From an uncultured Planctomycetota bacterium (GTDB taxonomy: Bacteria > Planctomycetota > Planctomycetia > Isosphaerales > Isosphaeraceae): a stretch of 64,000 nucleotides of DNA. The position numbers and the translations under genes are program-made. Shown here one piece after another: positions 63,193 to 64,000 of this stretch. The stretch spans positions 768,001 to 832,000 of the forward strand of contig CAWGMQ010000003.1 of NCBI GenBank assembly GCA_963823665.1, given 5' to 3'. The notes under the pieces were generated by a model that saw nothing but the letters and a program-made list of their open reading frames with translations, made no database searches and was not told the origin of the DNA. The first letter of the stretch is position 1. Every line of letters starts with the position of its first letter.

Positions 63193-64000
63193 ATGGTTCA
63201 CAAGCCGGTTTACCTCGATCATCACGCCACCACGTGCACCGACCCGCGCGTGCTCGAGGCAATGTTGCCGTATTTCACCGAGAAGTACGGAAACGCGGCC
63301 AGCACCTCACATCGCTTCGGTTGGGAGGCCGCCGAGGCCGTCGACCACGCCCGCGAACAGATCGCCGCCGCCCTGGGAGCAAACGCACGCGAGATCATCT
63401 TCACTTCCGGTGCCACCGAATCAAATAATCTTGCTATCAAAGGAGTTGCGCTCGCTGCTCAGCGGCGCGGCAAACATCTCGTCACCGCCGTGTCCGAGCA
63501 TAAGGCTGTCCTCGACCCCATCAAACGGCTGGCTCGCGAAGGATGGGACGTCACCATCGTACCCTGCGACCGGCACGGACAGGTTCAGCCGCAGGCCGTC
63601 GAACGTGCCGTCACGGATCACACGGTGCTCGTTTCGGTGATGGCGGCCAATAACGAGGTGGGTGCGCTCAACCCGATCGAGGAGATCGGCCGTCTCTGCC
63701 ACGAGCGTGGCGTGATCTTCCACACCGACGCAGCCCAGGCCGTCGGCAAGGTCCCGCTCGCCGTGGAATCCGGGGCGATCGACCTACTGAGTATTTCTGG
63801 ACACAAGGTCTATGCCCCCAAGGGGATCGGTGTATTGTACGTCCGTCGAAGTGAGCCGCCAATTCGCCTGGCACCCCTGCTCGAAGGCGGCGGCCATGAG
63901 CGCGGCTTGCGCAGCGGCACGCTACCGGTGCCCTTGATCGTGGGGCTGGGGCTGGCGCTCGAAATTGCCGTGCGAGAGCAGGCGGAGGAGGCCGCCAGGC
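63193..64000 (+). CDS. iscS: Cysteine desulfurase IscS/NifS family, 5' part (runs off window end)
   Basis: Manual translation MVHKPVYLDHHATT...YGNAAS, IIFTSGATESNN, EHKAV, ANNEVG, HTDAAQ, SGHKVYAPKG. Confidence 0.92.
   Translation, partial: MVHKPVYLDHHATTCTDPRVLEAMLPYFTEKYGNAASTSHRFGWEAAEAVDHAREQIAAALGANAREIIFTSGATESNNLAIKGVALAAQRRGKHLVTAVSEHKAVLDPIKRLAREGWDVTIVPCDRHGQVQPQAVERAVTDHTVLVSVMAANNEVGALNPIEEIGRLCHERGVIFHTDAAQAVGKVPLAVESGAIDLLSISGHKVYAPKGIGVLYVRRSEPPIRLAPLLEGGGHERGLRSGTLPVPLIVGLGLALEIAVREQAEEAAR

Overview
GC-rich bacterial window, most likely from a planctomycete of the Isosphaeraceae/Singulisphaera type. This is inferred from two DUF1559 prepilin-like genes, a PSD1 (DUF1549/1553)-cytochrome c + DUF1501 pair and an 'LESR-LLS' export motif. 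Many genes are broken by single-base indels that look like uncorrected long-read errors. Main content: (i) a ~26 kb minus-strand lipid cluster encoding a PUFA-type synthase (pfaD, pfaA, pfaBC) linked to olefin genes (oleA ... oleB-oleC-oleD), interrupted by a PSD1/DUF1501 pair and two opposite-strand orphans; (ii) treZ followed by a GH57(DUF3536)-TreY fusion whose domain junction is an A10 run containing an in-phase A_AAA_AAG heptamer and a downstream hairpin, a candidate recoding site; (iii) a divergent DUF1559 locus led by a Cys-rich ORF ending in ERPP, followed by a redoxin, a SOD remnant and cytochrome c'; (iv) a Tm-1-like/PEP-hydrolase pair, GH13 amylase, S10 peptidase, Ig-repeat protein, lipase and iscS; (v) notable non-coding signals: five 10-bp-phased TTATACC repeats before an AAA ATPase-wHTH gene, an 80-bp element present twice in inverted orientation 24 kb apart, and several REP-like palindrome families, one inside a CDS. 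No rRNA, tRNA, CRISPR array or transposase was recognised.
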